From positions 1 to 59,077 of the IMG/VR virus record IMGVR_UViG_3300032236_001008: a stretch of DNA of 59,077 nt; one strand, given 5' to 3'. Positions 55,372 through 59,077 of the stretch are shown here, piece by piece. Each line of letters starts with the position of its first letter. The first letter of the stretch is position 1. The notes beneath the pieces are model-generated. The model had not been told where the DNA came from and searched no databases. It worked only from the letters and a program-made list of their open reading frames with translations. This DNA comes from a virus (Duplodnaviria; Caudoviricetes). The position numbers and the translations under genes are program-made.

Positions 55372-58239
55372 ATGGCACAACCACAAATCCCAATGCAAAT
55401 GGGGCAAAACCTGCCCGGCCTTGACACAGAAGAAAATCTGGCACAAGCTCAAGAGCAAGATGCAGAGATGGATATGTACGAGGAAGCTCTTGGATTAGAT
55501 CCAGGGGAAGCCGAGGGTGAAGTCATTGAATTGGAAGATGGTTCGGTTGTAGTTAATTTCCAACCAACCGAAGGCCCACGTAAAAACCCAGAGTTTTACG
55601 CCAACTTGGCCGAAGAGCTTGATGAAGATGTTCTTCAAGCATTAGCTAACGAATATTTAGACTTTATTGACGTTGACAAAGAGTCTCGTAAACAAAGGGA
55701 CAAGCAATATGAAGAAGGATTACGCCGGACAGGACTTGGCAAGGATGCACCTGGCGGTGCAACGTTCGATGGTGCTTCTAAAGTTGTACACCCAGTTATG
55801 GCTGAGGCGTGTGTTGACTTTGCTGCGTCAGCCGCAAAGGAATTACTCCCGCCTGATGGTTTGGTTAAATCAAGCATTAAAGGCGAAGCCGACAGAATAA
55901 AAGAAGAAACTGCAGAACGTAAAGTAAACTTTATGAACTGGCAGTTAACTGAACAAATTCCCGAGTATCGTGATGAGATGGAGCAATTGCTTACTCAATT
56001 ACCACTCGGTGGTTCACAATTTCTTAAATGGCGTTTTGATGAAGAGCAAGCGCGCCCAATGTGCGAGTGGGTGCCGATTGATAACATCTTCTTGCCATAC
56101 TCATCTACAAACTTTTACACATCGCCACGTGTAACTGAACAACAAGACATTACAGAAGATACATTTTTACAGCGTATTGAAGCCGGTATATACCGTGACA
56201 TTAATAGCACGTACTCTTCTGACTCTCCACTGACAGATCAAACTCGTAGCCAAGAAGCTAACGACAAAATCGAAGGTAAACAAGAGCCAACCAAAAATAT
56301 TGACGGACTACGTCGTATTTATGAGATTACTTGTTTCATGCGCCTTGATGATGATCCAGAAACAGGTGGACGTCGTGCCCCATACATTATGACAATTGAC
56401 GAGACAACCGGCGATGTGTTGTCTTTGTATAGAAACTGGGAAGCAAACGATGAGAAACTCACGAAACTGGATTGGTACGTCGAATACAAATTCATTCCTT
56501 GGCGTGGCGCTTACGCTATTGGCCTCCCCCATCTTATTGGCGGCCTGTCTGCTGCTCTCACTGGTTCTCTTCGGGCTCTCCTTGACGCTGCTCATATCAA
56601 CAACAGCCAGACGATGCTTAAGCTCAAGGGTGGACGCATTGGTGGCCAGTCTGACAGAATAGAACCCACCCAGGTTATTGAAATTGAAGGCGCCCCTGGC
56701 GTCGATGATGTACGTAAGATTGCAATGGCCATGCCATTTAACCCGCCATCAAGCGTATTGTTTGATTTGTTGGGTTGGTTAACAGAAGCTGCTAAAGGTG
56801 TTGTAACTACATCTGAAGAAAAAATTGCTGACGCTAACAGTCAGATGCCAGTTGGCACAACCCAAGCTCTAATTGAGCAAGGTGCTAAAGTGTTCTCAAG
56901 CATCCATGCTCGTATGCACCGCAGTCAAGCCAAATCATTGGCAATTGTATCTCGCATTAACCATTGGTTCCTTCCAGACATGGATAACCAGTCTGGCGAA
57001 GAGATTGAAGTACGTGATTTTGCTAACAACAACGACGTACGCCCAGTTTCAGACCCTAATATTTTCTCTGAGACACAACGTTTGGCTCAGAACCAAGCTG
57101 TATTGCAAATGGCACAGGCCGCCAACGCAACAGCACCCAATATGTTTGACATGCGCGCAGTATATCGCCGTATGTTAGAGCAAATGAAAGTTCCTGGCAT
57201 TGAAGAAATTCTACCAAACCCAATGGGTGCTAAAGAATCTAACCCAGCGCTTGAAAACGTGTCCATGACTATGGGCAGACCGGCAGCTGCGTACCCAGAT
57301 CAAGACCACATTGCTCACATTAAGATCCATTTGCAGTATGCGATGGATCCAGCGTATGGTGGCAACCCAGTTATTGGCCCATCATTCTCCCCACATGCAT
57401 TAGAGCACTTAAAACAACATTTAACACTGCACTATTTGCAATCTATGCGTAACTATGTAGCGCATGCCGCCGGTGGTAAAGATACACTCGAGTTGCATCA
57501 AGAAAAACCGCTTGACCAAGACGCACAGCAAGCTCTTGCATTGGCTTCACAAATGGTTTCTCAGGATTCACAACAAACCATGCAGCCATTTGTACAACAA
57601 ATTCAACAATTGGCCCAAAAAGTACAACAAGCCCAACAAGCGCAACAACAAAATATTGCAGCGCAAGATCCAACTGCACAAGTTCTGCTTAAAACACAAA
57701 TGGCAGAGACACAACGCAAACAAGCTGAGTCTCAAGCACGTATGCAAATGGAACAATCTAAAACTGAGCAAGATTACCAGCTTAAAATTGCTGAACTTAA
57801 ACGTCAAGTGCTCGATTTACAAGCTAAATACGAAACACAGACAACTGTTGACAACCAAAGAAATGCTACACAGATTGCTTTGGCTGATATTAACAATTCT
57901 TCACGTGAACGTATTGCAGAAATTAACGCCAAAATGGCTTTAAATGCTGATCAGGTAAATATGCAGCACGAACAAGATATGTTGTCTCGTCAAGCCACTA
58001 TGGAAGCCGAACAAAGCATCCGTGACCATGGAATTGAGATTCAACAACAACAAATGCAACACGCATCACAAATGGTTCAACAACAGGCTGATAATGCAGC
58101 CCAGCAACAGCAATCTGCTTTAGAAGCTCAACAACAATCTGGTTTACAGCAGCAACAAGCTCAACAGCAAGCAGGTTTACAACAGCAACAAGCAGATTTA
58201 CAACCACCAACACCCCCAACAGGAGCAACAAATGGCTAA
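55372..58239 (+). CDS. Portal protein with Gln-rich C-terminal barrel
   Basis: 955 aa after TerL; GASKVVHPVMAEACVDF, PVGTTQALIEQG, PVSDPNIFS, Q-rich coiled coil. Confidence 0.85.
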   Translation: MAQPQIPMQMGQNLPGLDTEENLAQAQEQDAEMDMYEEALGLDPGEAEGEVIELEDGSVVVNFQPTEGPRKNPEFYANLAEELDEDVLQALANEYLDFIDVDKESRKQRDKQYEEGLRRTGLGKDAPGGATFDGASKVVHPVMAEACVDFAASAAKELLPPDGLVKSSIKGEADRIKEETAERKVNFMNWQLTEQIPEYRDEMEQLLTQLPLGGSQFLKWRFDEEQARPMCEWVPIDNIFLPYSSTNFYTSPRVTEQQDITEDTFLQRIEAGIYRDINSTYSSDSPLTDQTRSQEANDKIEGKQEPTKNIDGLRRIYEITCFMRLDDDPETGGRRAPYIMTIDETTGDVLSLYRNWEANDEKLTKLDWYVEYKFIPWRGAYAIGLPHLIGGLSAALTGSLRALLDAAHINNSQTMLKLKGGRIGGQSDRIEPTQVIEIEGAPGVDDVRKIAMAMPFNPPSSVLFDLLGWLTEAAKGVVTTSEEKIADANSQMPVGTTQALIEQGAKVFSSIHARMHRSQAKSLAIVSRINHWFLPDMDNQSGEEIEVRDFANNNDVRPVSDPNIFSETQRLAQNQAVLQMAQAANATAPNMFDMRAVYRRMLEQMKVPGIEEILPNPMGAKESNPALENVSMTMGRPAAAYPDQDHIAHIKIHLQYAMDPAYGGNPVIGPSFSPHALEHLKQHLTLHYLQSMRNYVAHAAGGKDTLELHQEKPLDQDAQQALALASQMVSQDSQQTMQPFVQQIQQLAQKVQQAQQAQQQNIAAQDPTAQVLLKTQMAETQRKQAESQARMQMEQSKTEQDYQLKIAELKRQVLDLQAKYETQTTVDNQRNATQIALADINNSSRERIAEINAKMALNADQVNMQHEQDMLSRQATMEAEQSIRDHGIEIQQQQMQHASQMVQQQADNAAQQQQSALEAQQQSGLQQQQAQQQAGLQQQQADLQPPTPPTGATNG

Positions 58240-58450
58240 AAACCCACAAGACGGCGGCGAATTAGGCTTTCGTAAAACTTACAAAATGACTGGTACACCA
58301 GGAAACGCTGGCGGCCCAGGCGCTAAAGTAGATAATGGACCATCTGGTTCTTTGCGCGCTAACAATGCCGTAAAAGGCAAACCAGCACGTTCATCTAAAG
58401 TTGGCCCAGATAAAAATCTTAAAGATATTGGCGGCGGCAACTTTTATTAA
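58232..58450 (+). CDS. Small Gly/Lys-rich protein
   Basis: 72 aa, GGAG RBS. Confidence 0.5.
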   Translation: MAKNPQDGGELGFRKTYKMTGTPGNAGGPGAKVDNGPSGSLRANNAVKGKPARSSKVGPDKNLKDIGGGNFY

Positions 58451-58458
58451 TAGTTTTA

Positions 58459-58489
58459 GGGCGGAATTCTTCATAGTCTTGCATTAGTA
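58459..58489 (+). promoter_or_regulatory. Phage promoter GGGCG-N16-TGCATTAGTA
   Basis: Exact motif; ATG 5 nt downstream. Confidence 0.75.
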
Positions 58490-58494
58490 AGATT

Positions 58495-58686
58495 ATGAAG
58501 GACTTTATTTCTGAAGTAATTCGTCGCGTACGCGATGAGAAAAAGAATCTAGCAGAAGCTGTCACTGCGGGTACAAATGTTAATTCATTTGATGATTATC
58601 AACGGTTAATTGGCACAATCGATGGGTTAAACCTGACATTAGCCATAGTTGATGAAATTTTGACAGAGGACGAAGAAGCTGAATAG
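58495..58686 (+). CDS. Small helical head-module protein
   Basis: SFDDYQRLIGTIDGL, a type commonly found before phage GroES. Confidence 0.6.
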   Translation: MKDFISEVIRRVRDEKKNLAEAVTAGTNVNSFDDYQRLIGTIDGLNLTLAIVDEILTEDEEAE

Positions 58687-58705
58687 CTTATAGGAGCACT
58701 GGATA

Positions 58706-59077
58706 GTGTTTGATTTAAAAGGCAATGACGAACCGGATTTGCGATCAGAAGAAGAATGTTTTCCCAAGATTGACACTGGTATCGAAGTAGCTGGAGACAG
58801 AGTGTTGGTGCAGTTGCGACGCGAAAAGTCAACCAGTAAAGGTGGAATCATCCTAGTGGATGAAACCAGACAGACGTTACGATTCAATGAGACAGTAGCC
58901 AAAGTGATCCAAGTGGGTCCCTTAGCATACCGTAACCTAGATGCAGATTTAACCCCTTGGCCAGAAGGCCCTTGGTGTAAAGAAGGTGATCTAGTGCGTA
59001 CGATTAAGTATGGTGGTGATCGTTTTGTTGTTAGCCCTGATGACGAAGGCGCCCCAGTGGTGTTTATTACGTTACAG
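58706..59077 (+). CDS. groES: GroES-like co-chaperonin (runs off window)
   Basis: Hand-translated from GTG with AGGAG RBS: GDRVLVQ..SKGGIILVDE..AKVIQVGPLAY..WCKEGDLV..YGG. Confidence 0.8.
   Translation, partial: MFDLKGNDEPDLRSEEECFPKIDTGIEVAGDRVLVQLRREKSTSKGGIILVDETRQTLRFNETVAKVIQVGPLAYRNLDADLTPWPEGPWCKEGDLVRTIKYGGDRFVVSPDDEGAPVVFITLQ

Noticed and set aside
57560-58210. Poly-Gln repeats in the portal as a novel repeat element
   Set aside because: Consistent with the known coiled-coil barrel of P22-type portals.
1-59077. tRNA genes, stop-codon reassignment or host chromosomal flanks
   Set aside because: No cloverleaf with T/D-loop consensus noticed by eye, genes read intact in code 11, and all content is phage-like (KS-ACP is translationally coupled to phage genes).

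Overview
Most of the genome of a tailed dsDNA phage with a podovirus-like (P22-type portal/tail) architecture, probably infecting a freshwater betaproteobacterium (host is inferred, not shown). The window reads as follows. 1-24 kb (+): tail fibre and adhesin/chaperone cassettes, lysis genes and tail/ejection proteins. 24-41 kb (-): PolA, class II RNR, SSB, Cas4-like nuclease, TerS, an acyl-carrier-protein plus ketosynthase pair, SNF2 helicase and primase-helicase. 41-52 kb (-): early region with a truncated sigma factor, MoxR-AAA/VWA pair, SprT-like protease and many small ORFs. 52-59 kb (+): a free-standing intein-like ORF, TerL, portal and a GroES-like gene. The major capsid gene lies outside the window, and no integrase, tRNA or CRISPR array was seen. 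Strongest unexplained signals: (1) an early region of about 9-10 kb carrying about 34 fairly regularly spaced GTTTAAAC palindromes and apparently lacking CCAG/CTGG, GGCC, CCGG, GCGC, GTAC and ACGT; (2) a sigma factor apparently split into two distant genes, with a matching two-tier promoter set GGGCG-N16-TGCATTAGTA; (3) a phage ACP-ketosynthase operon; (4) an extein-less degenerate intein in front of TerL; (5) twin iteron/IHF origin-like elements bracketing the early region. All motif counts were made by eye.
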